Assembly (NCBI RefSeq): GCF_001194135.2
Contig: NC_068989.1
Coordinates: 2,091,014 to 2,155,013, forward strand
Direction of reading: 5' to 3'
DNA from: Octopus bimaculoides
Taxonomy: Eukaryota
DNA: 64,000 nt
A program made the translations under genes and the position numbers. Position 1 is the first letter of the stretch, and each line of letters begins with the position of its first letter. This document shows, in pieces, positions 38,421 to 51,905 of the stretch. The notes beneath the pieces were generated by a model, which was not told the origin of the DNA, ran no database searches, and saw only the letters and a program-made list of their open reading frames with translations.

Positions 38421-39821
38421 TAGTAACAGTCTGAACGTGAAAATGATTAATCAGTTAAAATCGATACATCAATACAAACCAGTACACACGTATAATGAAG
38501 GAACTTATATGAACATTAACTTTGAAATATGCACTGAGGCAACCTAGAAGAGAAGATTAAGAACAGTAGAAGCATGTTGAATAAAGATAAGAGAATTTGA
38601 CCCAACACGGACTTAGCAAATACTTAGGAATTAATGAACCACGTGGACAAATGTAAAAGAAAGATAGGAACAAATATTAAAGACGCATTAGATTAAGGAT
38701 TCAAGCAGAGTTAAATGCACAAGGTTGAGATAATAGGCATCAATGCTCTACTTGTGTCAGCAATAAGATATGATATTGTCAAGTAGCACATTGAATAAAT
38801 TAGCAAGACTAGAGGGGTTAACATGGTGATTGATTCATTGAGAATATACTAACTACTATCTGATTATATCTAATACACATACAAGATGTTCGTCCACTTT
38901 TGAGGTCATCTTTTGCTTTGTTTTTGTGGATATTATATAATAATTCGATATTTTGTGGCTGTGGGTGGAGGGATAAGTATAATGTTATTGTTATCTATTT
39001 CAAGGATTGGAGTTATTCAGTGATGGGGTCTGGCGGGTTTTCTAATTCTAAGTATGCATTATTAAGGTCTCTTCGTGCTGTTCAGAGTATTTCTTATGTG
39101 GCGTGGATGTCATTAATTTTGACGAGTTGTTTATTAGTGATGGACTTTTGCAACTAACTATAAGATCATTATAAAATATCTGCAGTAGAGGCACAAAATA
39201 TCTAATAAAGAATAATTAGAAATTAATACTATCAAACACAGAGAAATAAAAAAGCTGTTTCATGTTTTCCTGAGAGCTTTATGGAAACAATAGGCTCGGA
39301 GTAACAGACAGTTCTGAGGAGAAGAAAATAAAGACATTAAATTGTTCAAAAGCTAAAAAGTAAATAGAAATAGAAATACGGAATATCATATTAATAGAAA
39401 AAAAACCCCATTCCTTGGCCAATACGAGATTGGCAAATGAGAAGTTGATAAAGAAAAGCTGCAGTAGTGAATGTACAATACAAATGTAAATACTACGACC
39501 GAGGGATTTCTTTGTTGCGGCTCATGTTCAGAATCTTCCCACATGAAATTATTAAAAAACATGTAGTGAAGCTGCATATATTAAGTATATTAAGATTCTA
39601 CAGAATATGCAAAGGCTGACAAGAAATAACTAATCAAAATGTTCCTGGCATTCAAGTCTAAGCGAAAAGCGAATCAAAGAGAACAAATATAAGCAAAGCA
39701 AGATTGAAGTTTCTGTCCAGTGGAAGTGATGTTAGCATTATGAAATACCTACAGAACAGACGTGGTATCCACATACAATAAAAAAAGTTTCCGAGAATGA
39801 CATGTGAAGGTATTCTGGTGT

Positions 39822-39853
<32 letters not shown>

Positions 39854-39934
39854 GCAGAGGGAGAATAAAGCAATCAGTCGGATGTAAAGAATAAAAAACT
39901 TTTTTATTCTTTACAGATTTTTTATTCGTTACAG

Positions 39935-40258
39935 ATTGTTTTTGGAAACGTCTAAACCACTCGTACGCTTGTGTGGGGTTTATACACTTCTCTCCATACA
40001 CTTTCTACAACTTTGCGTAGGTCTCTGAGCAGGTATCGCCATAACAGCTTCCTCTGTCGTGATCAATGCGACGATCACATGTTACACACGTTATTTCGAA
40101 ACGCTGCGGTAAAGAGCAGAAGTGAGCTAGAACCTTAAAACTTAGTGCAGATGCACAGCAGAGGTGAAGGTCAATCTGTACCAAGCGGCGTCACTTTGCG
40201 TACTTTAGCTTCGTTGCTATGGCAACAGTCCGGATACTTATTATTCAGACCTCGTACG
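39935..40258 (-). mobile_element. Mariner element 5' fragment (TIR plus transposase HTH)
   Basis: TIR TA|CGAGGTCTGAATAATAAGTATCCGGACT (plus strand 40230-40258); peptide GDTCSETYAKL*KVYGEKCINPTQAYEWFRRFQ matches mariner ET...L.KVYG...MSRTQVYEWF.RF. Confidence 0.88.
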
Positions 40259-40815
40259 TGCATGCATACATGCATACATACATACATACATACATACATA
40301 CATAGGCAGATAGATAGACAGACAGACAGACAGATAGATTGATAGATAGATAGATGGCTGGTTGCATAGATAGATTAATTGATTAATAGATGGGTTGGTA
40401 GATTGAGTGATTTTTGAGATCACAGTGTAATTCGCCAATGTATCAGCAATTATATAATCGAATAATATTTACCGAACAACCAATTAAAGAGAAAACAATG
40501 AGAAAACAAGTAAAATAATGCTTAAAACAATGGATTACTCGCGAGGAAACATGATTACAAATAAGCACGAGGCTTTATTTAATTAATTATAAACCAAACA
40601 TTTGGAATAATTGGTTAATGTAACTAGAGTTTGATAAACGTCATTAGTGTAATAAGTGTAAAGTAACACGCGCGCACACACACACGGACCTCGCTTATGT
40701 GAGTGCGTGTGTGTCTTTATGTTAATGGTTGTTACCCATTTGCTCGGACAAGTTCGTGTCTCTCTAATTATGCACACTCACGCACACACACACGTACACC
40801 CACACACCTACACGT

Positions 40816-40847
<32 letters not shown>

Positions 40848-41799
40848 GCGTCTATATATTTATATACACACATATGTATANNNNNNNNNNNNNNNNNNNN
40901 NNNNNNNNNNNNNNNNNNNNNNNNNNNNNNNNNNNNNNNNNNNNNNNNNNNNNNNNATATATATATATATATATATATATATACTTATATGTATGTATGT
41001 AATAAAATTTAGAAATTGCACCGAGGGACGAAAAGAATCCATAGAACCGCTACTTGTGTCCGGTTCCTATTGCATAAAGTGAGAAACAGACGTCTATACG
41101 GTTTTAATTTCGTTTGAGGAGAGTTGTTAAATTTACTTGCATCGCTGAAATGAATGGGGACATCGCTTTCAATTTGACTCAAGAAATACATACATATTCA
41201 GTCCGCTTAATTGAATATCCTCAGTAATCAAAATATTTATGCAATTAAACGAAATACACAAGCAAAATGCATAGTGAACGATGAATTATGAAATTTCAAT
41301 ATACTGTGCGCAGTATGGTATTGTTCCTCTCTTACATACATATGAGTTGTGCAGTAAAAAAATAAAGAAGCAAAACGGTTTTCTTTTGTTCCAGTGAATT
41401 TTCTGTTATTTATATTTGAAAAACACCGAAGAAGGCATTAATACAATTGCATTTATTCAATGCATTGGATAATAATTACAGATCGATGTTTACATCCCAA
41501 CGGTATATTTAATCGGTACACAACAATTTGCTGAAGAAGAAACTAATAAATTATCTCTTACGTTTTTCTTGAGACATAATGTTGTTAAAATGTCCGGGTT
41601 TGTACAAATTTAACATTGTAAATATAATTATGGTATCCAGTTGAGAAATTCTGTTATCTTTGACTCTATGATCTCAAGCTGTTACTGATTCACACGTCTT
41701 CAATGACACAAAAGTTAGCCAAATATTCACTGTGATACTTTTCTAAGTAACCTCAAACATAGTGAATCTAACCTCTGTTGTTGAGAGAGGTAATTCTAC

Positions 41800-42400
41800 A
41801 GCCTCGCCATCATTGCTGTGATTGTACGAGTAATTTGTTGATCTTGCATCCTTATTCAGGAAATAGGCAATCAATTCTTTGTCACTGTTTAAGATCTTTG
41901 CCTATGATCTTTAGTCCCATTCTCTTCTTCCATCATAGAAGCAGGGAGTTAGCACAATTTTACCTTCCTCACCAGGGGCGCATCTACAGCTGCAAAAACA
42001 ACCGTCTGAAAGCAATTAATGGTCATAGGATCTGTAAGATTGTTGAATGTTGATTTTATTAGTAAATGAATAGCATCCAGTAATGTATTTCTTTGTCAAT
42101 ATTATTTGCTTCTAGCTCTGGATAACCATCAATGGTTAATGGCCACGGTACCTCTGTACAGTGATGTTTCAAAGTTTTTCATGTTTTGGTCACATGTCTG
42201 AAATATTGGTGTTGCATTTGGTGAAAGAAACATCACTTTCACTTGTAACTGCTGGTTGAGTAACGCAGCTGTAAACAAGCAGCTTTTCTCTTTCTCCATA
42301 CCGTCTTTTTGTGAAATCCTTCTCAGCCTTGTGATAAGTATATCTTCAGTTATTCTTGCTGTCGTTATATCGACAGTGAATTCCCTTGCAGACATCTAAA
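41800..42400 (-). mobile_element. pogo/Tigger (DDE_1) transposase remnant
   Basis: VKVMFLSPNATPIFQTCDQNMKNFETSLYR and NTLLDAIHLL match IKV.FLPPNTTS..QP.DQG.I..FK..YR and NILDAI. Confidence 0.85.
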
Positions 42401-43084
42401 TTCTTTATTTTCCCCATTTACTAGTAACTTTCTTTTGACACTAACCTTCGGGAAGAGATTTCACAAATTGCGTGTAGGCTTTACTTTCATAGATGTGCAA
42501 GCGCTTTCAGCTCTTAACGTTTTCAAACACACATATATGTACGTATGGATGGATGCATACATGGATGTCTCAATGAGACAGAGCATTCATTAAATGCTTC
42601 GAAACCTACAACTTCTCAACTTAGAAAATAAATTAACATTTGTACCCCAATATATTTGACTTATTTGATTAGATTACAAAGTGTTAGAGTAGTAATCTCG
42701 GGAACCTAGACTTTTCAGGCAAGAAAGAATACATCAAAGACATAATCTGCAAATTTAATCTGGAGGTGAAAATACGCATGGTTTTTTAAAAAAGTTAATC
42801 ATCTAACAGGTTTTTGCTGTTGCTGCTATCTTAATTCCAGTGATAAAGTTTTGTTTCTTAGTTAGAACGAGTAGTTCTCTCAAGAAAATTACTAAGCATT
42901 AAAAAAAACACATATTCGCACACACAAACACATACACGCACACACATATAAATTCATGAATACATACACACAAACGTACTCACATATATATATATATGTG
43001 GGCGTACGTATGCGTACATATATATACATATGTGTGTGTCCATGCGTGCCTGTGTGTATATATATATATATATATATCTGTGTA

Positions 43085-43119
<35 letters not shown>

Positions 43120-43770
43120 CTGTATGTATATACATGACTGTTGTCGTCACCTCAGTATTTAGATCTTTAGATGTATGTAATTACCGAATTTATGAATGCA
43201 ATGATCCAAGAATGTATGAAGATTACACACGAAAATTTCCAGATAACTACTGACGCATCACACATCCTGCAGCATAAATATATGAACTTAATCAATAAGC
43301 CAAACAACATTAGCCAAATGCTTCACTCTTAGAAAAATACGTATGCTCAAATGCAGCTGTAAAACAAATATACATTTACAGAAAGGAACTTGCATACTGT
43401 CATGGATAACTTTAAATAGAATCACGATTAACATCTGTTGTAAAGTTCATTTAACAGCAAATTAAAAAAATAAACAGAAGTAATGAAATAATTACGAGTA
43501 AAGAAGTGAAATGGAACCAGTGCGTGTATTTATTATTGACATAATGACCTTCTCAAGATACAATAGAATCAAGTTGAATAAATACAAGTTACTGTAGACC
43601 TATCCAGGACTATTACCACAGTATAAATAATTATTCAAAACTACAACCGAGGAAGTAACTCCGACACAGTCGCATGACCTGTTAAAATAATAGCTAAATC
43701 TCACTCAAATCCCATGCTGACTGCTTAGAAAATATGATTACATTGTTAGTAATAGGTGCCTTGAGAAAAG

Positions 43771-43826
43771 AATGTAGGGGCTGTGTTACCCAAGCTGCTG
43801 ACGCTGGGTAACACAGCCCCTACATT
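43771..43826. other. Perfect 22-bp inverted repeat with a 12-nt loop
   Basis: AATGTAGGGGCTGTGTTACCCA (43771-92) / TGGGTAACACAGCCCCTACATT (43805-26). Confidence 0.97.
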
Positions 43827-43992
43827 TTTCGTGACACATGGTATTTAAAGATAAACTCTATTATTCTATGAATCCTTGTTTTATTAAACATATATATACT
43901 GCGTAAACCTAAACGCTATTGCTTTATACAAATTCTGCATAGACTGTGAAATTATGACGGTTCTGAAAACTCTGGTATTTTCTAGATGTAAC

Positions 43993-44125
43993 TACAGGCT
44001 GGGCGGCCGGGTATCAGCCATTGTCCCTCAGTCACTGTGTACCCTTCAGCGTGTCAGCATGCTAACCATTGAAGAACGTACGTTTTTAGTTGAATGGGTG
44101 TTTCGAGCTGGAAACAAATAGACAT
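43993..44125 (+). mobile_element. Mariner-like (DUF4817-type N-terminus) 5' remnant
   Basis: TA|CAGG.. terminus followed by ATG at 44059: MLTIEERTFLVEWVFRAGNK*, resembling the M.T.EER.FLVE.YF N-terminus. Confidence 0.65.
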
Positions 44126-44159
44126 TTTGTAGGCTGGTTCATGATTGGGGTGGTTATAG

Positions 44160-44260
44160 TCGACGAGATTGGTCTCAGTATTTGACAGGCAAATATTCCA
44201 TTGAGTTTCGAAGGATAAAAGGCAAAGTTAATCATCAGCGGGATTTGAACTTGCAGGTTG
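44160..44260 (-). mobile_element. SINE family C fragment, decayed
   Basis: GAAGGATAAAAGGCAAAGTT..CAGCGGGATTTGAACT. Confidence 0.7.
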
Positions 44261-44945
44261 CAGTGATTCAGGGACAGGCGGCTGAATCATACCTGGTCAT
44301 GATAAGCTCTATCAGCAGACTGTCTCTACAGGCAACGTCAATTTATTTGATGAGCCAGTGAAGTGACATCTGCTAAGGGGTCGTTTGATCTGCTAGAAAT
44401 AGCAACCAAATTTCTGTCACGTACTGGATAATGCAGTCTGAGAACATCTATCTCAAAAGACTGGATGGCCATGGCCGAGAATTCTTCGTCAAATTTAAAA
44501 CTGAAGTTAAACAATTCGTATGATCTTCAAATCACAGCTAAACGATTCGATGGGTTCTGTAATCACATCAATAAGAATGGATGAAAAATCCACTCAAAAA
44601 TATGGAGTACACATATAAAGAAAAAAAGTCTTTACAATTAGAATTTGATTTAATCAATCAAATTGCAGTGACAGGAAATTACCGAAAAGTGTAGATCAGT
44701 TGAAACGATATAGAGTGTATGAGACATTTAAATCCCCCGACATAAGTTTTACTAATCACGTTGATAACGAAATGCAAAGAGTTGAAGCAATACGAACAGA
44801 AAACAAGCAGACATCATCAGCCATTGTTGGTCCGTGACATGAAATAGAAAAAACAGTTTAAAAATTTATTCTATGAAAAACGCATTTCACAGATTTTATT
44901 ATTTATGAAATATAACACACCTAAATTCACAGACAGAAAACTTTA

Positions 44946-45011
44946 AAAAAAGCAATTGAGAGACAAACTTGAAACTCTAAAAAAGCAATTGAGAGACAAA
45001 CTTGAAACTCT
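44946..45011. repeat. Perfect 33-bp tandem duplication
   Basis: AAAAAAGCAATTGAGAGACAAACTTGAAACTCT x2. Confidence 0.97.
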
Positions 45012-45868
45012 AAATTATAAGCTTTATATATTGAAATAAAAACTGCATCACAGCTGAAATGCAAATCGATAAATTATAAATACAAAATAGACAAAGTATT
45101 CATTAGATATCATGAAGCAACCAGTCTGTCGTAACTCCGACACAAAAAGTACAATTGATGTAAAAGATATTTTATCAGATAGCAAGTTGAAATCTTCCAG
45201 AAATTTCTCCGAGGGAAAAATGATGCGTTGAACAAGCAGCCCGAAGTGAATACAGAACTAAAGCAAGGCTACGAGATTAGCATAAGTTGCAGACGACGAC
45301 TAGTCAGACAAAAACGTTTGTTGCTGTCACCGTTTTATTTAAAGACCAAATCGACTCTTGTATTGCATTTCTACATTTTATAAAATTTCACTCATATGAT
45401 ATTGTCGGAGCTATTTCCCTTGGTTATGATTTTTCCAGTTTAAACACCTCTAGAAGGAGTTTTGGTTATTAATTGCAATTTACGATCGCAGATGACTGCT
45501 GTATTTTCATTCACTATATTACATATTTGAGACTCTACAGCGCGTGTGTATGTCTGTGTGTACACCCCCCACACATAAAAATATACAGAAAGATAGATAA
45601 ACAGATTGACAGTTGGAAAGTAAGATAGATAGATAAATAGCTTGCTAGCTAGCTAGCTAGATAGATAGATTGACAGGTAGATATATAGACACCTCAGCAA
45701 AGAGACTGACAGTTAGAAAGATTGATAGGTAGATATATATATGAGTAGATTTATGGCAACTGCCTTCGCCAGTTAACATAAATCCTTTTTTATCCCCACT
45801 TTTCTATATTTTCAAATATTCTTATTCCCTGATTTTTATTGTTAAACATGTAAAATTTAAAGCATATA

Positions 45869-46298
45869 CGCAGGTGTGGCTGTGAGGTAAGAAGCTTGAT
45901 TTCCACTCCTATGTTTCAGGGTTCAGACCCACTGCGTGACACCTTGGGCTAGTGTCTACCACTGCAACTTCGTGCTCACAAAAGCCTTTTTAGAGGATTT
46001 GGTAGACTGAAACTGAAAGAAGTCCGTCGTGTATATATATATCTATATATGTACACGACGGACTTCTTTATATATATATTTATATATATATTCATGTGTG
46101 TCTGTGTGTGTCTTTGTCCCTCATTACTGCTTGACATCCGGAGTTGGCGTGTTTACGTCTTCGTAAAATAGACTGATAGAAAAAATACTAGGTTTTAAGA
46201 AAGTAAGCCCTGGGGGCGATTTGTTCGACTAAAACCCTTCAAAGCGCTGCTTCAGTATGGGAGCAATCTAATGACTGACACAAGTAAAATATAAAAGA
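45869..46298 (+). mobile_element. SINE family A, full length with an internal (TA)n/(TG)n tract
   Basis: tRNA-like head, GGGTTCAG.CCCACTGCGTG.CACCTTGGGC, GGATTTGGTAGAC.GAAACTGAAAGAAG.CCGTCG, and 3' CCTGGGG.CGATTTG.TCGACTAAA..ATGACTGA.ACAAGTAAAA. Confidence 0.93.
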
Positions 46299-49251
46299 TA
46301 AAAAATACATAAGTACACTTAACCCTCTATAGATATATGTAGTTGAAATTTCATAGAAAAACGAAAGACAAAGAGAAGCGTACGAACAATATTCAAGTGT
46401 ACTAGTTTGACGCTCGGGAAAAATGAAAAAAAGTCTTTTACATTTCGAGCCTACGCTCTTTGACAGAAAGGAGTAAGAGGAAATAAATGGAGAGAGAATG
46501 GCGTGGCGAAAGACCAAACTCTGAGATGTACTGGTCAAGACGTGCTTTTGATTAAATTTTATACCACTCTACCCCTGCTGTTGAATATTTTTTTCCCTAT
46601 TTTTATGTACACTCACGACGTTCATTCATTATACGTATGTGTGTTTGTGGTGTTGGTGTGTTGGTGTGTGTGTACGTGTACGTGTGTTTGCTTTTGTCTA
46701 CACATGTGTATTCGTGTACATGCGTTTGGTTGTACAATAATGAGAATCCCACCGATACATTAATTCACAGTTAAAATGCAAGAATTTTATTAAAAAGAAG
46801 CAAATTTTTCTCACTTCCTTTCAACAAATATGAAATGTATCACAAGCCTTGCCAACATTTTCTCAAATTGAATTATACTGCATGTTTCCTATAATAATAT
46901 TTCAGCTGTTTATTTATCGTGCATAGCAATATGTAGACTCCAATTTATTACAGCTCATGGCTGAAATATCTGCCAATTATTGTTTACTGAGAATCTACCT
47001 ATATATATAAATAAATACATGCGTGCATGTGTGTGTGTAATAAGTGTATATACTTGTGTGTGTTTACATGTATTTGTATGCCTGTATATACCTTATTTGT
47101 GTACTTTTCAAGTATATACCTTCTGCGTGAGATTCAGAGAGAGCGAAGCAATGACAGAAAAAAAACCAGACACATGAAAAAGGGAGAAGCTTGCAGCTGC
47201 CAACGCAGAGAAATATATATTTACTGTTGTAGCTCGGTTTATTTGTGGAACTCTTACAAATTTTCTAAAAAAATAAAACAAACTTACATAGTAAAGAAAT
47301 ATACACGGAAACGTATATATATATAGATAGATAGATATAGATATGTGTGTGTGCGTGCAGTGCGCGTACGTGTGTAACAGAATACAATTGACAGAACACA
47401 TTGCAGATCATTTTGTGAAATAATGTCATAATTACGTAAATCACTCGTCAACTGTACAAACACCTACGACCGTTTCCAGTGAAAATACGTGAGGGGCTGT
47501 TTGTGCATCTAGTAAGGGATTTGTACTGTGAGGATTTCATCTCACAAAATTATTCGTAATATTTCGATTAATTCATGACATTATGAGTCTTTAAGCTGGT
47601 TAAAGTATGCTTGTGATATTTTAATTTCTCAAGGCAAATTCCCTGTTGTTACCGTGGAGAATAAGCCACCCTTAGAGTAAAAGGTACAGAAACACCATAT
47701 CTGCCCAGTGCTTCCATCTAGCGGATTCCCAAATGCACGTTTCAGGCTCTCTAGCCTTCCTCAATATGAAATACTGAAGAGAGATAACCCTGGGCAGATT
47801 CAACGGTCGAACAGTAATCAAGCGTTATAGTGGAAGGAAAATTTTAAATAAAGATACAACTTCCATCTTTCAACCTTTAGACCTCGTGAGAAGAGACATA
47901 CAACAACGCTCTAGGCATAAATCTGGAAGCTTAAAATCGAAGTGATTAACTACATCTTCAAATGCTACTTACCACACAGCCACTCCTGTGCCTATATATT
48001 TATATATATAAACGTTTGCTTTTATGTTAAGATAAAAGCAATTTTCCATTAAATTGAAGGATTATAAATTTGGTAGAAAATGAATTTATTATTCTTTAGG
48101 AAGAATAGTATTGCGTATTGACAGTGACTTCGAAGCTTCGTGTTGCTAAGTCATCATCTGTTTGTATTCAGTGTTGTAACATATCGCTGTAGAGTACTAT
48201 ATTACCTAAGTACATCTAGGCACCTTTGAATTGTTTTGTAATATTTAACCTTAGACCTTTGATCAAAAATATTCCAGCCGTGACTATCCTGTCTTTTTTA
48301 CGCTATAATGTGAACCTTTTACTGCGTTCACTTTCTTTATAAGATTACATATCACCTGATGCAGAATTGATTGCTATTTCTAGCGAGCTGAATGACCATG
48401 TGGAGGTCTGTTTGTTGCCCCAAGTTAAATCTGTTCAGAGAATAGGCTTTTTCGTAGGACTACAATTCCTAACGTAACCTTTCCATTTTTACGATACTGA
48501 TATATGTAATTCAAGAGAGATCTGGCTGTTGTTTACAGCAAATCGAGAAACTGCAGAGCGCTTCTGCCTGTAGGTCTGAGATAATGCATCTGTAGTTGAA
48601 GTTTTTGCATACACTCTAATTACTATCAAATGAATCAATTAGTTGTTTATAACTATTTTTAATTATACTCTATAGTATAGTCACCTTGGACCTGTTGTGT
48701 GTATATCGGCCGCTACACAGAGACAAATTGTATTAAGAAATAACAGCCTATAAAAATAACATTGATATTAAAAATAAAACAAAAAACATGATTGCCTACT
48801 TAATGAATGACTACTTATTAATTTGACGCTAATTAACTACAAGATTGAATATATATATTTAATAATTTTTATCGTTATTGTCTAGACACTGATATCTATT
48901 GTTTAGACTGTTATCGCTTAGAATTTCCGGAAGGTTGTTTAAAAATGAATATGCGCAGCATGCTGATAAAAGAATAATTATATATTGTTCATCTTGAAAA
49001 TTTATAAAGAAATAGGATATATATATTTTTAAATGGTTATGAACGCTATACGCACATACATACATTCATATATACATATACACATACACCAGCATACATA
49101 ACGATATGTCTGGAGCAAAGTATAGCTGAAGTTAGGATCTTAGGGAGAGAATGCAAATCTTTAATTCATATGCTACAAATGATCAATGCTAGAAATCTTT
49201 TTGGGAAACCTCCAAATTAAAGGACGAATCTAAACGCAACCTTTTTACAGC

Positions 49252-49480
<229 letters not shown>

Positions 49481-49811
49481 AGCCTTTTTGCTTTATTGGG
49501 GTTCTCGATGTTTGTGGTCTTCCGGAACGCTTCTCGTGTATATTCTGGACGATTCCAGCAGCTTTAAACTTATCTCCAATTCCACTGACGGTAAGCTGCG
49601 TCGGCGGATCTGTTTGAAACTCCATCCTAAACTGTCTTTGCACTTCAACTGCGTTTTCACTCTTCCAGTAGCAATTTAGAATGAATTCCCTTTGTTCAAA
49701 TTTTAGTCTAACTGCCCTCATTAATTCCAGTGGGTTTCATTAGGAAAGAAAGACCATCAGTTGAGTTATCAGCTGCTAAATTGTGTAAACATTTTTTGGG
49801 GACACCCTGTA
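49481..49811 (-). mobile_element. Mariner-like element 5' fragment (TIR plus DUF4817-type HTH transposase N-terminus)
   Basis: TIR TA|CAGGGTGTCCCCAAAAAATGTTTACACA (plus 49782-49811); ORF 49434-49721 RLKFEQREFILNCYWKSENAVEVQRQFRMEFQTDPPTQLTV..I.DKF.A.G.VQN.H..RSGRP. Confidence 0.92.
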
Positions 49812-49820
49812 TATATATAT

Positions 49821-49961
49821 ACACGATGGGCTTCTTTTAGTTTCTGTCTGAAGGCAGTGGTTGGCCCGAAGACACTTCCCCGAAATACCACGCAATGGGA
49901 CTGAATCCGGAACCATGTGGTTGAGAAGCAAACCTCTTACAACACAGCCACGCTTGCGCCT
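49821..49961 (-). mobile_element. SINE family A 5' part
   Basis: Reverse complement AGGCGCAAGCGTGGCTGTG..CCACATGGTTCCGGATTCAGTCCCA.TGCGTGG. Confidence 0.9.
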
Positions 49962-49964
49962 GAT

Positions 49965-49998
<34 letters not shown>

Positions 49999-50249
49999 NN
50001 NNNNNNNNNNNNNNNNNNNNNNNNNNNNNNNNNNNNNNNNNNNNNNNNNNNNNNNNNNNNNNNNNNNNNNNNNNNNNNNNNNNNNNNNNNNNNNNNNNNN
50101 NNNNNNNNNNNNNNNNNNNNNNNNNNNNNNNNNNNNNNNNNNNNNNNNNNNNNNNNNNNNNNNNNNNNNNNNNNNNNNNNNNNNNNNNNNNNNNNNNNNN
50201 NNNNNNNNNNNNNNNNNNNNNNNNNNNNNNNNNNNNNNNNNNNNNNNNN

Positions 50250-50305
<56 letters not shown>

Positions 50306-50627
50306 ATACACACACCCACACCATACACACACACAACTAAATACCGTTCATGTTAGAAAGAAAATAGATATTTGTTCAATTATCAAATATTGCGCAAATG
50401 AATGGCTAATACTTGCACAAAACCCAAGAGATTTGCATGTCCTTTCTCTTATTCCGATGGAAACTGGTAATTTCTGCTACTATGGAACCATATTCCTTTG
50501 ATACTACCGTAGCCATATTGATATGAATTGCTACTCTGGCAGAAGAATGAGAAATATAATATAACTTTTCTTCAGGGCATAATATCGTATTATAGTTTTA
50601 AAATATCGCATGATAGCGTTATACCAT

Positions 50628-50780
50628 CAGCGAACTGGCTGAATTGTTAGCGCGTCCTGTGTTAGTTATCTTTGTATTTTATCCCGTCGGGATCGATGAA
50701 ATAAATCGATAAAATAAAGAGCAGTCAGCTATTAGAGCCAATGTAATTGACTCCTTTCCTCTCCTCAAAACCGCTGCCAA
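50628..50780 (+). mobile_element. SINE family C, decayed and internally deleted
   Basis: GCGAACTGGCTGAATTGTTAGC..TCGATAAAATAAAG..CAATGTAATTGACT. Confidence 0.6.
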
Positions 50781-51079
50781 AACCGAATAAATTGCCATAC
50801 TATTTTAGGTATTTCTTTAAATGTGTTTATACAAAACATGTCACAATGATCATTCGCGTAAACACTGCAATTTGGGAAAACAAGTTTGTAACATTATTCG
50901 CAAAAGAAAAGAAAATGATCTAAAGTGCTTTTGATGTTGGCAATCGAATGGATTGAAAACAGAGTTAAGAACCCTTTTTCCAAGAATTCAGAAACAGCCA
51001 TAGTTTGATGTAGCTCAACCTATTTGCACAAGTATTACATATACAGCACCAATACATCTGCTTACGGAAAGAATATTAA

Positions 51080-51305
51080 TTTCTTTATTGTCTACAAGGG
51101 GCTAAACATAGAGGGAACAACCAGGGACAAAGAGATTAAGTCTATTACATCGACCCCAGTGCGTAACCGGTGCTTATTTAATCGACCCCGTAAGGATGAA
51201 AGGCAAAGTCGACATCGGCGTTATTTGAACTCAGAACGTAACGGCAGACGAAATACCGCTAAGCATTTCGCCTGGCGTGCTAACGATTCTGCCAGCTCGC
51301 CGCCT
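51080..51305 (-). mobile_element. SINE family C, full length (tRNA-derived)
   Basis: Reverse complement AAGGCGGCGAGCTGGCAGAATCGTTAGC..GAGTTCAAAT..GCCGA.GTCGACTTTGCCTTTCATCC..GGGGTCGAT..CACTGGGGTCGATGTAAT..GTTTAGCCCCTTGT. Confidence 0.95.
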
Positions 51306-51779
51306 TTTACGGAAAGAATATTGGCATCAATGATCAAATGTAGTCGGGTGTACGTTTTAATGCATTTTAATGTCTCTTTGATCGGCAAGGAAAATAAGCA
51401 GAAACATTTACAGAGACCAAACACAAACCACTTTTTAATAAATAATGAACTCGTCTCTCTTTGCTCTGTCAATGCCTTATATTAGCGTTAAACGGCCACA
51501 CTTACTTGTACAATTTCTTCTATTAGTCTCAATGTTATCTTTGGTCGAGATTGTCGACGCAGTAGTCTTCTGCATTCTAGCAATGCTCTCTATTTCCCTT
51601 TGAATTACAAATTTACGACCAGCGAACCATTCCAGGTGTTGTATGGTTCAGTGGTTGCTTCATAATCACAGCGAAGGGACACAAGTTTAACGGTTCTGGT
51701 ATCTCCGAACTACTTCGTGTCTCAAATGGACAATAGGAAAGAAAATGTAAATCTCTTAAATATTTAGAACAACTTGGAG

Positions 51780-51905
51780 AGTAAGGGCCATATTTATAAC
51801 ATGAGTGGCATTTCGTTTAGTCTCTTTACGTTTTGAGTTCAGTTTCTGCTTACGTTACCTTTGTGTTTCATTCCTTCATGGTTGATAGAATAAGCTACTT
51901 CGGAT
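51780..51905 (+). mobile_element. SINE family C, decayed
   Basis: GGCATTTCGT..TTTACGTTTTGAGTTCA..TTTCATTCCTT..GGTTGATAGAATAAG. Confidence 0.6.

Noticed and set aside
38880-39150. Possible Penelope RT remnant on the minus strand (HPRHIRNTLNS)
   Set aside because: Single weak motif, insufficient to call
47850-47900. DTTSIFQPLD resembling the DDE_1 motif NTTS..QPLD
   Set aside because: Ten residues with no supporting flanking similarity
51506-51590. Minus-strand segment ending at a CAA|GTAAGT donor
   Set aside because: Purine-rich, poor acceptor and no homology
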